Counted from the first letter of the stretch, positions 9,624 through 19,441 are shown. The stretch: 64,000 nt of DNA from Candidatus Latescibacterota bacterium (GCA_965116875.1 OZ220733.1:544001-608000), one strand, 5' to 3'. Notes: a model not told the origin generated them from the letters alone. A program made the numbers and translations.

Positions 9624-10889
9624 ATGCAATCCTACCTGCAAACCCTGCGCCTTTTCAACCGCGACGTCCGGCTGTACCTCGCGGCAACCATCCTCTTCGG
9701 CTTCAGTCTTTTCGGCGGCATCACCTCCCTGCTGCTCAACCTGTACCTGCTCCGTCTGGGATACGGACCCACGTTTGTCGGATGGGTAAACGCCACCGGC
9801 GCGTTCTCCTTTGCAGTCTGCAGTCTGCCGGCCGGGTTCATGGGGGCCCGATGGGATCCGCGTCGGGTCATGATCGCGGGTATCGGTATTGCCATCATCG
9901 GCAACGGTCTGCTTTCACAGGCTGAGCTCATCGCCCCAGGGGCCAGAGACGTCTTTATCATCGCGACCAATGCACTGGGGCTGCTCGGCGTGGCCCTCTA
10001 CATCGTCAACGGCGCCCCGTACCTGATGGGCGTTACCGGAGCGCGCGAACGCAACCACGTCTTCTCCATGCAGGGCGCCCTCTTCCCGCTGGCCGGATTC
10101 TTCGGAAGCTTCGCAGGCGGCATTCTGCCAGGCCGGATCGCGTGGCTGATGAACGTCGCCCCGTATCACCCCTCACCCTTCCGCTACACGCTGCTCGCCG
10201 CCTCCGCCCTGCTCATTCCGGCTCTGTTCCTTCTCGTCGCCATGCAAAGGCCTCAGGTCAGGCAACCGAGGGAAAACGCGGAAGAATCCGATGCGCCGTT
10301 CCCGCTGGGACTGATCGCGCTGATCGCGGTGGTCTCCCTCCTTCACGTTGCCGGAGAGGGCGCCGTTCGTACGTTCTTCAACGTCTACATGGATGCCGGC
10401 CTTCACATACCCACGTCCCTCATCGGCACGCTGATGGCCACGGGGCAGCTTCTGGCGGTGCCCGCTGCCCTGACCCTGCCGTTTTTCACCGGTCGATTGG
10501 GCAATCATCCCACCGTCGTGCTGAGCGCTTTCTGTACGCCCCTCATGCTGATTCCGATGGCCCTTCTTCCGCACTGGATTCCCGCGGGCTTCTGCTTTAT
10601 GAACATCGTGGCTCTGGCCGCCATCCGCCGTCCCGCCTTCGTCGTATATAATCAGGAAATCGTCCCCCCTCGATGGCGGGCGACAATGTCAGGCGCTTCC
10701 TCGATGATGGCGGGCATCGGCTACTCCGTGATCGCGATGGGCGGCGGTTACATTATTTCCACCACCGGATACCCAGCCCTCTTTTTAACCAGCGCCGCGT
10801 TTACAGCGCTGGGCACACTGGTTTTCTGGGCTTATTTTCGCACCCCGCGCGGCGAGTTCGCCCGGCCGCCAACAGGCAACCCATCCTGA
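9624..10889 (+). CDS. MFS transporter
   Basis: 421 aa with about 12 hydrophobic segments; motif-A-like GFMGARWDPRR. Confidence 0.88.
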   Translation: MQSYLQTLRLFNRDVRLYLAATILFGFSLFGGITSLLLNLYLLRLGYGPTFVGWVNATGAFSFAVCSLPAGFMGARWDPRRVMIAGIGIAIIGNGLLSQAELIAPGARDVFIIATNALGLLGVALYIVNGAPYLMGVTGARERNHVFSMQGALFPLAGFFGSFAGGILPGRIAWLMNVAPYHPSPFRYTLLAASALLIPALFLLVAMQRPQVRQPRENAEESDAPFPLGLIALIAVVSLLHVAGEGAVRTFFNVYMDAGLHIPTSLIGTLMATGQLLAVPAALTLPFFTGRLGNHPTVVLSAFCTPLMLIPMALLPHWIPAGFCFMNIVALAAIRRPAFVVYNQEIVPPRWRATMSGASSMMAGIGYSVIAMGGGYIISTTGYPALFLTSAAFTALGTLVFWAYFRTPRGEFARPPTGNPS

Positions 10890-10901
10890 AGGAGACCCGC
10901 G

Positions 10902-11795
10902 ATGAAATATCGAACCCTCGGAAAAACCGGGCTGCGCGTATCGGAAATCGGCTATGGCGCGGCCCAGATCGGCAATGTCAACATGCCCGAAGACCGCGTT
11001 GAGGGGGCCCTCAATGCCGTTCTGGACGCCGGCATCAATTTCATCGATACGGCCGCCATGTACGGACAGAGCGAAGCCCGTATCGGCAAGTTCATCTCCC
11101 ACAGACGGGACGAATTCATCCTTGCCACGAAATGCGGCGACTACGTGGGGGAAACCGACGGTCAATACCACATCGTGAGGGACTACAGCAGGGACGGTAT
11201 TCTGCGGACGATCGACGAGAGTCGAAAAAAGCTGGATATGGACGTGATCGACATCGTCCAGTTTCACGGCCTGCCGGATCCGGACGATGACGACGAGGTG
11301 GCCTTCGAGGCGCTGCTCGACGCGAGGGAGAGGGGCTGGACGCGGTTTGTGGGCGTTTCGGCAGATGGACGCGCGGCCGCGGCTGCGGCCCGCCGTTGGC
11401 CCCTCGACACCCAGGAATTCACCTACAACATCCTCTACCAGGAATCCGCCGACGATCTCATGCCAACCTTAAAGTCTCAGGGGATGGGTACCATCATCAA
11501 ACGCCCCATTTCCAACGCCGTGTGGCAGCAGACGCAGCGTCCCAAAAGCGACTACATGGGCGGTCCCTGGGACCGGGCGCAGTCCATCCCGCTGGCCGAC
11601 CTGGCGGGAGAGATGCCCATTCTCGAATTCGTACTTCGATTCACGCTCTCGCATCCGGACGTCTGCACCGCCATCATCGGCTCAACCAATCCCGATCACA
11701 TCCGCGCCAACGTCAGGATCTCCGACGGGAGAACGCTGCCCGACGACGTCGTGCAGAGAGCGAAAGCGGCATTTCAGGCGCGGTTCAGCGCGTGA
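10902..11795 (+). CDS. Aldo/keto reductase
   Basis: YRTLGKTGLRVSEIGYG, GINFIDTAAMYG.SE, LATKC. Confidence 0.93.
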   Translation: MKYRTLGKTGLRVSEIGYGAAQIGNVNMPEDRVEGALNAVLDAGINFIDTAAMYGQSEARIGKFISHRRDEFILATKCGDYVGETDGQYHIVRDYSRDGILRTIDESRKKLDMDVIDIVQFHGLPDPDDDDEVAFEALLDARERGWTRFVGVSADGRAAAAAARRWPLDTQEFTYNILYQESADDLMPTLKSQGMGTIIKRPISNAVWQQTQRPKSDYMGGPWDRAQSIPLADLAGEMPILEFVLRFTLSHPDVCTAIIGSTNPDHIRANVRISDGRTLPDDVVQRAKAAFQARFSA

Positions 11796-11823
11796 ACAAC
11801 CCACTGCTCCGCCTTTGGCATTT

Positions 11824-11848
11824 GTAGGGGCAACCCTTGTGGTTGCCC
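11824..11848 (+). repeat. GTAG-type REP-like palindrome
   Basis: GTAG + GGGCAACC-cttgt-GGTTGCCC. Confidence 0.7.
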
Positions 11849-11883
11849 ATCTAACGACGAACATATCGCTCCAATGAAATCTG

Positions 11884-11911
11884 ATCGCCCGGTATGCAAA
11901 TACCGGGCGAT
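11884..11911. terminator. Perfect 12-bp hairpin with GCAA loop after the AKR operon
   Basis: ATCGCCCGGTAT-gcaa-ATACCGGGCGAT; the following U-tract is weak. Confidence 0.45.
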
Positions 11912-11987
11912 TGCGTTTAACATACTGAAAATATATGGAGTTATCAGTATCCAAGCAGGTCATATGCCGTTTTTCTTAAATTTCCAG

Positions 11988-12016
11988 TTGACATATGGGC
12001 CATCGAAGTGTATTAT
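11988..12016 (+). promoter_or_regulatory. Sigma70-like promoter of the heme-uptake operon
   Basis: TTGACA(11988-11993)-17 bp-TATTAT(12011-12016) in an AT-rich intergenic region. Confidence 0.7.
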
Positions 12017-12199
12017 TTTTCATGCGAATATTTGGCATATAAAACAAATAAAAATCATGCAAAACTATCGACGAACATGCATAATGATTGCCTTATATAC
12101 TAATTTATATCCGGGTCTACACCGATTATCAGGCGTGGAATCGATAAACCGCGTCGTTTGCGCGCATCACATTCGCGTGCCTTTGTGCAGGGAATACCA

Positions 12200-13093
12200 A
12201 TGATCGGACGGATCTTCGCGATTCTGTTGGGGCTCATCCTTGCGGTGGCCCCGGTTACGCGGGCCGGTACCGTGGTCGGCGACAGCAGCCGCTCCACTGC
12301 CTCGCGCGTCGTGTCTGTCGGCGGTTCGCTGACTGAAATCGTCTACGCCCTGGAGGCAACGGACGGATTGGTGGGAACCGATACGTCCAGTGGGTATCCG
12401 GAAGCGGCTACCCGGCTGCCCCAGGTGGGTTATCAGCGCCGGCTCTCTGCCGAGGGAGTGCTGTCGCTCAACCCGACGCTGATGTTGGCCACCGCCGACG
12501 CCGGCCCGCCCGCGGCGATTGCGCAGATCCGGTCCGCCGGTGTGCCGGTCATGGTCGTGCCGACTGCGCGAACCGCCGATGGTGTCAAGGAGAAGATCCG
12601 AACCGTCGCCCGGGCGCTGGGCCGAGAGGAAAAGGGAGAGGAACTGACGCGTAATCTCGACGCAGACCTGGCGCTGGCAAGAGAGTATGTCGCTGGAGCC
12701 GGCAAAAAACCAAGGGTTCTCTTCATCTATGCCCGCGGCCAGGGTACCATGATGGTGTCGGGTTCCGGCACGTCGGCAGACACGATGATTCAACTTGCGG
12801 GGGCGGAGAATGCCGTTTCCGGTTATGAGAATTACAAGCCGTTGACCGCCGAGGCGGTGGTTGCCGCTTCGCCAGACGTGATCCTCATGCTTTCGACTGG
12901 ACTCGAAAGCCTTGGCGGCGTTGACGGGCTCCTCAAAGCGCCCGGGGTCGCGCTCACACCGGCCGGGAAGAGCCGCCGGATCGTGGCCATGGACGGGCTT
13001 TTTCTGCTTGGATTCGGCCCGCGCACCGGAAAGGCTGTACTGGAACTGGCACGTAGGTTTCATTCGGATTGCGGCGTTTCCGAGGACCAGTAA
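12200..13093 (+). CDS. hmuT: Hemin ABC transporter periplasmic binding protein
   Basis: RVVSVGGSLTEIVYAL, VGYQRRLSAEGVLSL (heme-ligand Tyr), LLGFGPR; signal peptide. Confidence 0.9.
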   Translation: MIGRIFAILLGLILAVAPVTRAGTVVGDSSRSTASRVVSVGGSLTEIVYALEATDGLVGTDTSSGYPEAATRLPQVGYQRRLSAEGVLSLNPTLMLATADAGPPAAIAQIRSAGVPVMVVPTARTADGVKEKIRTVARALGREEKGEELTRNLDADLALAREYVAGAGKKPRVLFIYARGQGTMMVSGSGTSADTMIQLAGAENAVSGYENYKPLTAEAVVAASPDVILMLSTGLESLGGVDGLLKAPGVALTPAGKSRRIVAMDGLFLLGFGPRTGKAVLELARRFHSDCGVSEDQ

Positions 13094-13094
13094 C

Positions 13095-14225
13095 GTGAGT
13101 GTCACCGACGAGATTTCGTCCCGCGAGATTCCGATCATAGCCGACGCGGACGTGGTTGCAGTCCGACCGGACCGGCGGAAGAAACGCGCAACCGTGGTTC
13201 TATCCGGGTTAGGCGTACTGCTGGCCGGAATGACGGTGGCATCTGTCGGCGTGGGCGCGGTCGTTGTTTCTCCGGGGCAGATCCTGGCCATATTCGGCGA
13301 ACAGATCGGCCTGTGGCTGCCCTGGTCGTTTCAACCGCAGCAGGAGGCCGTTGTAACGGCAATCCGGCTTCCACGCGTGTTGCTGAATGTGCTTGTCGGC
13401 GCCGGACTTGCTGTTTCCGGTGCGGCGATGCAGGGACTCTTCCGCAATCCGCTTGCGGACCCCGGCCTGGTGGGTGTGTCCAGCGGCGCGGCTCTGGCCG
13501 CGGTCTGCGTGATCGTTATGGGCGCCACAGTGCTGGAGGGCTTCGCTTCGGCACTCGGGCTGTTCACGCTCCCACTTGCGGCGTTCGCTGGCAGCGTTGT
13601 CACAACCGTCATTGTGTACAGGCTCTCCAGCGCACAGGGTCGAACCGTGGTGGCCACGATGCTGCTGGCCGGAATCGCCGTGAACGCGTTGACCGGATCG
13701 GTAACCGGCCTGCTGACGTTTGCCGCAACGGACGAACAGCTTCGAAACATCACGTTCTGGAGTCTGGGCAACATGGGCGGTGCCACCTGGAGGTCCGTGG
13801 CCTCCGTGGCACCCTTTATCCTGATTGCCGTCGGTCTGCTGGTCCGGTACGCCAGGCCCCTGAACGCCTTTCTCCTGGGAGAGGCCGAGGCGGGGCATCT
13901 CGGGGTGCCGGTACAGCGCATGAAACGCGAGATCGTGGCATTGACGGCCCTTGCCGTGGGCGCGTCGGTTTCGGTCACCGGGATTATCGGGTTCGTGGGG
14001 CTGGTCGTACCTCACGTGCTCCGCCTTATCGTCGGTCCGGATCACCGCTACCTGATGCCTGGTGCGGCGCTGCTCGGCGCCTCCCTGCTGATGGGTGCGG
14101 ATCTCGCCGCGCGCACCGTCGTATTGCCGGCGGAGCTGCCCATCGGCATTGTTACCGCCATTGTCGGTGCGCCCTTTTTTCTCTACCTGCTGCTGCGCAG
14201 CAAGCGGGAGATGCAACTGTTATGA
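13095..14225 (+). CDS. hmuU: Hemin ABC transporter permease (FecCD family)
   Basis: IRLPRV, QGLFRNPLADPGLVGVSSGA, GEAEAGHLG, IGFVGLVVPH. Confidence 0.9.
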   Translation: MSVTDEISSREIPIIADADVVAVRPDRRKKRATVVLSGLGVLLAGMTVASVGVGAVVVSPGQILAIFGEQIGLWLPWSFQPQQEAVVTAIRLPRVLLNVLVGAGLAVSGAAMQGLFRNPLADPGLVGVSSGAALAAVCVIVMGATVLEGFASALGLFTLPLAAFAGSVVTTVIVYRLSSAQGRTVVATMLLAGIAVNALTGSVTGLLTFAATDEQLRNITFWSLGNMGGATWRSVASVAPFILIAVGLLVRYARPLNAFLLGEAEAGHLGVPVQRMKREIVALTALAVGASVSVTGIIGFVGLVVPHVLRLIVGPDHRYLMPGAALLGASLLMGADLAARTVVLPAELPIGIVTAIVGAPFFLYLLLRSKREMQLL

Positions 14226-15085
14226 TGGAAGCGGAGGAAGTCTCTGTACATGCTGGCGCACAGGCCCTGCTGAATCGCGTGAGCATCCAGGTCCGGCCGG
14301 GCGAAATCGTCGCAGTCGTGGGGCCCAATGGGTCCGGAAAGACCACACTCTTCAGGGTATTATGCGGCGACCTGTTACCCTCGACGGGCGCGGTCTGGCT
14401 GGAAGGTTGGTGCCTCGAAGACTGGGCGTCGACCGAACAGGCACGAAAACGCGCGGTGCTCCCGCAATCCGCCGCCCTCGATTTCCCCTTTACGGTACTC
14501 GAGGTTTCGGTAATGGGCCGAATGCCTCACCTGGAGGGTTCCGAAGGCCCGAATGATTACGCGATTGCGAGGGCGGGCCTGGACAAAGCTGGGGTGGGTA
14601 ATCTGGAAGACAGGATCTACCCGACGCTCTCCGGGGGTGAGCAGCAGCGGGTGCAGTTCGCACGGGTCCTTACTCAGATCGGAGAGCGGCCGCAGGATGG
14701 GCGTCGATATCTTCTACTCGATGAACCCACGTCCAATCTGGATCTCGCGCACCAGCATCGGATCCTGTCCACGGCGCGCAGCTTCGCCTGTGAGTCGACC
14801 GGCGTACTGGCCGTACTCCACGATCTGAATCTGGCCGCTCAATACGCGGACCGCGTCCTTGTTTTGAAGGAAGGCGAAGAACTTACGACGGGTGAACCGG
14901 CGGAAGTGTTAACAGAAGGAGTCATCGAGCGTGCATTCGACGTCAGGGTACAGGTAATACCGCATCCCGCGCTGGACTGCCCGCTCATCGTCCCACTGCC
15001 GGACACATCCGAGATCAAAAGATCCGCGCCTGCTGCGGATGGCTTGAGGTTCGGACCCCAGCCGGGGACCGCGTTCGACAACTGA
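14222..15085 (+). CDS. hmuV: Hemin ABC transporter ATPase
   Basis: GPNGSGKTT, LSGGEQQRVQFARVLTQ, LLLDEPT, VLHDLNLAAQYADR. Confidence 0.92.
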   Translation: MMEAEEVSVHAGAQALLNRVSIQVRPGEIVAVVGPNGSGKTTLFRVLCGDLLPSTGAVWLEGWCLEDWASTEQARKRAVLPQSAALDFPFTVLEVSVMGRMPHLEGSEGPNDYAIARAGLDKAGVGNLEDRIYPTLSGGEQQRVQFARVLTQIGERPQDGRRYLLLDEPTSNLDLAHQHRILSTARSFACESTGVLAVLHDLNLAAQYADRVLVLKEGEELTTGEPAEVLTEGVIERAFDVRVQVIPHPALDCPLIVPLPDTSEIKRSAPAADGLRFGPQPGTAFDN

Positions 15086-15107
15086 CGCGATCGACGGGTG
15101 TCGGAAT

Positions 15108-15273
15108 TAGCAGCCCGTTGAAAAAGCCCATCCGGGCTACGGCCGGCCCTTGCGGTCGAAATACTGCGTTGCGCTCCCTCGCCGAATCGCAGGATGGGAC
15201 TCGGTCGCGCGCCTTGTCTTCGACCACAATGGCTCGGCCTCGCCTGCAGAGCGACTTTATCAACGGACTGCTT
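15108..15273 (+). mobile_element. MITE-like element, copy 1
   Basis: Imperfect terminal IRs AGCAGCCCGTTGAAAAAG..CTTTATCAACGGACTGCT; near-identical inverted copy at 62861-62993; no transposase. Confidence 0.8.
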
Positions 15274-15317
15274 GAGGTCCCGAGGCGAAGACGGCAGCTC
15301 TTTGATGGAGAGAATCG

Positions 15318-17729
15318 ATGTCAAACGTCAATTCGTCAGGTACGGGGAGTAAGCCGAAACTGCCGGAAACGGTCGACAGGCCGGGAGGGTGCCCTTTGAC
15401 GCGGTGGCTGCTGGACGGATTCAGTTGTTCGGGATGGTTCGTGTTCCTGATCTGCATGTGCGGTGCCGGTGTTGCAAACGACAACCCCGGGCAGATCGAC
15501 GGCGTGGTGCAAACCGAAGGCGGGGTGCCCCTGGCCTACGTGAATGTGATCGTCGCGAATACATCGCTGGGAACCGTATCTTCCACCACCGGGCGGTTTT
15601 CAATGGTCGGCGTTCCTTCTGGTGAACATACGGTGGTCGCAAGTCTTGTCGGCTTCCGGAATGCCCGGCGCGAAGTGATCGTTGAAGCAAACGCCGTTTC
15701 AAGGATCGCAATCGTGTTACAGCCGGAAACAACCGCGCTCCCGACAATTGTCGTCACTGGCACCAGATCGGCGCAGCGGATTGAAGACGCCCCAATCCGG
15801 ACGCAGGTCGTCACCAGGCGTGAGATTGACGGCGCGGGGGTGGTGGACCTGGGAAGCCTGTTGTCCGAACAGACCGGACTCGCTGTCATTTCCGATCACG
15901 GAACCGGCGTTCAGATACAGGGGTTCGATCCAGATTATACCCTCATACTGGTCGACGGCGAACCCATCATCGGACGCACGGCGGGAACCCTTGACCTGGA
16001 CCGCTTTCTGGTGAGCAATCTCGAACAGGTCGAGATCGTAAAGGGTTCCACCTCCTCGCTGTACGGCAGCGAGGCGCTGGCAGGCGTGATCAATCTGATC
16101 ACCCGCATGCCTGAAAAGCCCTTTTCCGTATCCATTCGACCCCGGTTAGGGACCTTCGGCGCCATGAATTTCACAGGTGAACTGGAATCCCGCCAGCGGG
16201 AAATCGGAATTTCGCTGATCGTAGACAGAAGCAGGAGCAAGGGGTACGACCACACGCCGGAGACCTTATCACCCACCGCGCCCGAATACGTCACCTACAC
16301 GGCGAGTCCCAAAGTGATCTACCAGCCGAACGACCGGATCACCCTTTCCCTGTCGGCAAGGGCATTCCGGGAGAGCCAAACCAGCCCGGAAGAGATCACC
16401 TCGCGCAGCGGAACCATGCCCGTTAACCGGGACGCGAGCCTCACAGACTGGAATATCAGCCCCAAAGTCGTCTACCGATGGACACCCGGCCTTCGGATTA
16501 CCGGCAAACTCCACACCGCAACATACAGGACCCGAAGCGAGCGGACCCGTAGCGATATCGGCGAAGTGTACGACCTGGCGACCTTCGATCAGAACTATCA
16601 TAAAGCCGAAATTCAGGTCCATTCGCTGATCGGAAAAACCAACGTTGTCACGTTGGGTGCGGGCTCGGTGTGGGAATCAGTTGAGGCCGACCGAATTTCG
16701 GGCGGACGGCAATCCTCGCGCAGTGCTTTCGTTTTTTTCCAGGAAGAATGGTTGCCCACGGCGTGGCTCGACGTTGTCGTCGGCGCGCGCGTGGATGCGC
16801 ACAGCGATTACGCAACCCGGGTGAGCCCGAAAGCCGCGCTGCTCGTCAAGTCGTTGCCCTGGCTGCATCTCCGCGGGTCTATCGGAAGCGGTTTCAAGGC
16901 GCCCACGTTTCAACAGCTGTATCTGGATTTCACCAATCCTTCGGTCGGATATTCCGTCCTCGGCTCCACCTACGTCCGTGAGGGAATGGCGCTGATGCAG
17001 GACGAAGGCCGGATTGCCACGGTGTTTCAGGACACCAGGGAACTGGAACAGATTCGTGCAGAGAGCGCGGTTTCGTTCAATACCGGCATTGAAATCGCGC
17101 CAGGAAGCCGCGCATCCGCCAAAGTCAGCTTCTTCCACAACAACGTAAAGGACCTGATCGAGGCCTCGCCTGTCGCCCGCAAGACGAGCGGCCAGAGCGT
17201 GTACACGTATTTCAATCTCAACCGCGCCTTCACCCGTGGCCTGGAAAGTGAATTCAAGATACGCATTTCTGAAAGAGCCGGATTTTCAGCGGGCTACCAG
17301 TATCTGGAAACCGGGGACCGGGACGTCCTGGACAGGCTCGACGACGGAAAGGTTGTGACGGTGGATCCGGAAACCAACAAGCTTCGCCGCGTTGAGACGT
17401 CCGAATACGGCGGGCTTTTCAATCGCTCGACCCACACGGCCACGCTGCGTCTGATTTATCGGGATGAGGAAACCGGCTTCGGCGGCAACGTGCGCGGGGT
17501 GCTTCGAGGGCGATACGGCTATCAGGACCGGAACCTGACGACTATCCTGGACGCGCACGACGAGTACGCGCCAGGCTACAACCTCTGGCACATCTCGTTT
17601 TCACAGCGAGTAAAGGATGCCGCAACGATTCGACTGGGTGTCCGGAACATCTTCGACGAAAAGCGGCTGGACTATGTTCCCTCGCTTCCCGGGCGAACAC
17701 TGTACTTAGACCTGACGAAGACCTTCTGA
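15318..17729 (+). CDS. TonB-dependent receptor (heme/HmuR-like) with N-terminal carboxypeptidase-regulatory-like domain
   Basis: IVVTGTRS, plug motifs LILVDG and VEIVKGSTSSLYGSEALAGVINLIT, NIFD, C-terminal F; start codon uncertain. Confidence 0.92.
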   Translation: MSNVNSSGTGSKPKLPETVDRPGGCPLTRWLLDGFSCSGWFVFLICMCGAGVANDNPGQIDGVVQTEGGVPLAYVNVIVANTSLGTVSSTTGRFSMVGVPSGEHTVVASLVGFRNARREVIVEANAVSRIAIVLQPETTALPTIVVTGTRSAQRIEDAPIRTQVVTRREIDGAGVVDLGSLLSEQTGLAVISDHGTGVQIQGFDPDYTLILVDGEPIIGRTAGTLDLDRFLVSNLEQVEIVKGSTSSLYGSEALAGVINLITRMPEKPFSVSIRPRLGTFGAMNFTGELESRQREIGISLIVDRSRSKGYDHTPETLSPTAPEYVTYTASPKVIYQPNDRITLSLSARAFRESQTSPEEITSRSGTMPVNRDASLTDWNISPKVVYRWTPGLRITGKLHTATYRTRSERTRSDIGEVYDLATFDQNYHKAEIQVHSLIGKTNVVTLGAGSVWESVEADRISGGRQSSRSAFVFFQEEWLPTAWLDVVVGARVDAHSDYATRVSPKAALLVKSLPWLHLRGSIGSGFKAPTFQQLYLDFTNPSVGYSVLGSTYVREGMALMQDEGRIATVFQDTRELEQIRAESAVSFNTGIEIAPGSRASAKVSFFHNNVKDLIEASPVARKTSGQSVYTYFNLNRAFTRGLESEFKIRISERAGFSAGYQYLETGDRDVLDRLDDGKVVTVDPETNKLRRVETSEYGGLFNRSTHTATLRLIYRDEETGFGGNVRGVLRGRYGYQDRNLTTILDAHDEYAPGYNLWHISFSQRVKDAATIRLGVRNIFDEKRLDYVPSLPGRTLYLDLTKTF

Positions 17730-17760
17730 TCACATTTCTATCTCACCCGTGGAGGATGTA

Positions 17761-19035
17761 ATGAAGTTGCGACGCTTTTTTTTCGCCTGCGTTATCGTCC
17801 TTGCAGCCGTGCCGCTTCTCGCCCAGACGGTTGACGCCGCCGATTTCGACGGCGACGGCAAAGTCGATTTTAACGATTTCGTCATGTTCGCCCAGGCATT
17901 CGGGACGACGGACCCTCAATTCGACCTTGACGACAGCGGGATGGTCGATTTTCAGGATTTTTTGCTGTTCACGCGCGCATTCGGCGGTCCGGCCGAACCC
18001 GGCACAGCGCCCATTACATCGTTGACGGAGGTCATGGTGCGCGACCTTCCGTCCGATCCCGACCGGCAGGACGTATTCACCTATTACAGCCTGCGCGACA
18101 GCGCCATCGTCGCCCGGGCCGACTCCAATTCCACGAAGTGGGACCTCGCGTTCAAGTCGACGACCGTGCTGATCAACGGCGGCAGCAGCGGACCGGGCGA
18201 GGGCGGCGCGATCCTGCTGACGGAAACCGACTACCATACCCTTTCAATGGCGCCGGATTCGGAATATGCGGTTGACGTGGAGGGGCAACCCGCCGTTGGG
18301 CGAGCGTGGTACACGTACACCGGTCCGCCCAGCCATCACATCCTGATCAACCCGGGGGTGGTGCTGGTCGTCCGCACGGCCGACGGTCGATACGCCAAGC
18401 TCAGATTTACCAGTTACTATATGGGTGGGGAGGCGGTACCCTCTTCGGATGCGAGAGGGCGCTTCCTGAATTTCACCTACACGTTCCAGCCCGATGGATC
18501 GCGTTCTTTTTCCGCGCCACGAGAAGAAATTCAAACACTGACCGAAGTGATGGTCCGCGACGTCGCGGCCGACACAGGCAACGTGGGCGCCTTCACTTTC
18601 TACAGCCTTCGGGACAGCGGCCTCGTGTCACGGGCCGACTCGAATTCCACGAAATGGGATCTTGCCTTCAAATCAACAACAGTCCTGACCAACAGCGGAA
18701 CCAGCGGACCGGGAGACGGCGGTGCGATCGTACTGACGGCAACGGACTACGATACACTATCGATGGCGCCCGATTCGGATTACACGGTTGATCAGGAAGG
18801 GCAACCCGCAATATCAAGGCAGTGGTATACATACACCGGTCCGCCATCCCACCAGATTCTGATGAACCCCGGCGTAGTCCTGGTGATTCGCACGGCGGAT
18901 GGACGATTTGCCAAGCTCAAGTTCACGAGTTACTACCAGGGAGGCGAAGCAGTTCCTTCATCGCTTGAATCCAGATCCCGTTTCTACCACTTCACGTACA
19001 CGTATCAACCAGATGGGTCACGCTCGTTTCGTTGA
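17761..19035 (+). CDS. hmuY: Secreted protein: dockerin/EF-hand-like module plus two tandem HmuY domains
   Basis: Signal peptide; ADFDGDGKVDFNDF..FG..DLDDSGMVDFQDF; two repeats each with KWDLAFK, NxG.SGPG.GG, WYTY..H, RTADGR[YF]AKL.F.SYY. Confidence 0.8.
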   Translation: MKLRRFFFACVIVLAAVPLLAQTVDAADFDGDGKVDFNDFVMFAQAFGTTDPQFDLDDSGMVDFQDFLLFTRAFGGPAEPGTAPITSLTEVMVRDLPSDPDRQDVFTYYSLRDSAIVARADSNSTKWDLAFKSTTVLINGGSSGPGEGGAILLTETDYHTLSMAPDSEYAVDVEGQPAVGRAWYTYTGPPSHHILINPGVVLVVRTADGRYAKLRFTSYYMGGEAVPSSDARGRFLNFTYTFQPDGSRSFSAPREEIQTLTEVMVRDVAADTGNVGAFTFYSLRDSGLVSRADSNSTKWDLAFKSTTVLTNSGTSGPGDGGAIVLTATDYDTLSMAPDSDYTVDQEGQPAISRQWYTYTGPPSHQILMNPGVVLVIRTADGRFAKLKFTSYYQGGEAVPSSLESRSRFYHFTYTYQPDGSRSFR

Positions 19036-19061
19036 CTGACCCAACACACAGGAGGTCCGTT

Positions 19062-19391
19062 ATGATTGCCGTTGCCAATCGCATCTACGTAACTCCGGAG
19101 TACGCCGAGCAGTTCGAGAAACGGTTCCGCAACCGCGCGCATCTCGTGGATGGAATGCCGGGTTTCATTTCCAACAAGGTGTTGAGACCCACCAAAAGCG
19201 ACCAACCCTACGTGGTTCTCACCTTCTGGGAAACCCGTGAGGATTTCAAGAACTGGGTGAATTCCGAGGAGTTCCAAAAAGGTCACTCCAGATCGGGTAC
19301 GCTGCCGAAGAAGGCGTTTTCCGATTCCAGCCATCTGGAGATTCATGAAGTCTTCCTGGATACCGAGAAAGAATACGCGGACGCGGTCTGA
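19062..19391 (+). CDS. IsdG-like heme-degrading monooxygenase (ABM family)
   Basis: VANRI (Asn), PGF, FKNWVNS (Trp), QKGH (His) match the IsdG catalytic triad; last gene of the heme operon. Confidence 0.82.
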   Translation: MIAVANRIYVTPEYAEQFEKRFRNRAHLVDGMPGFISNKVLRPTKSDQPYVVLTFWETREDFKNWVNSEEFQKGHSRSGTLPKKAFSDSSHLEIHEVFLDTEKEYADAV

Positions 19392-19441
19392 TTAACCGCA
19401 TCAGAGCCGCACCCGCGGCATTGGGTCTACGGAGGCGGAAC

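Noticed and set aside
11850-12200. Cobalamin riboswitch or canonical Fur box ahead of the ABC operon
   Set aside because: No B12-box elements seen; the best Fur-like match is about half of the consensus.
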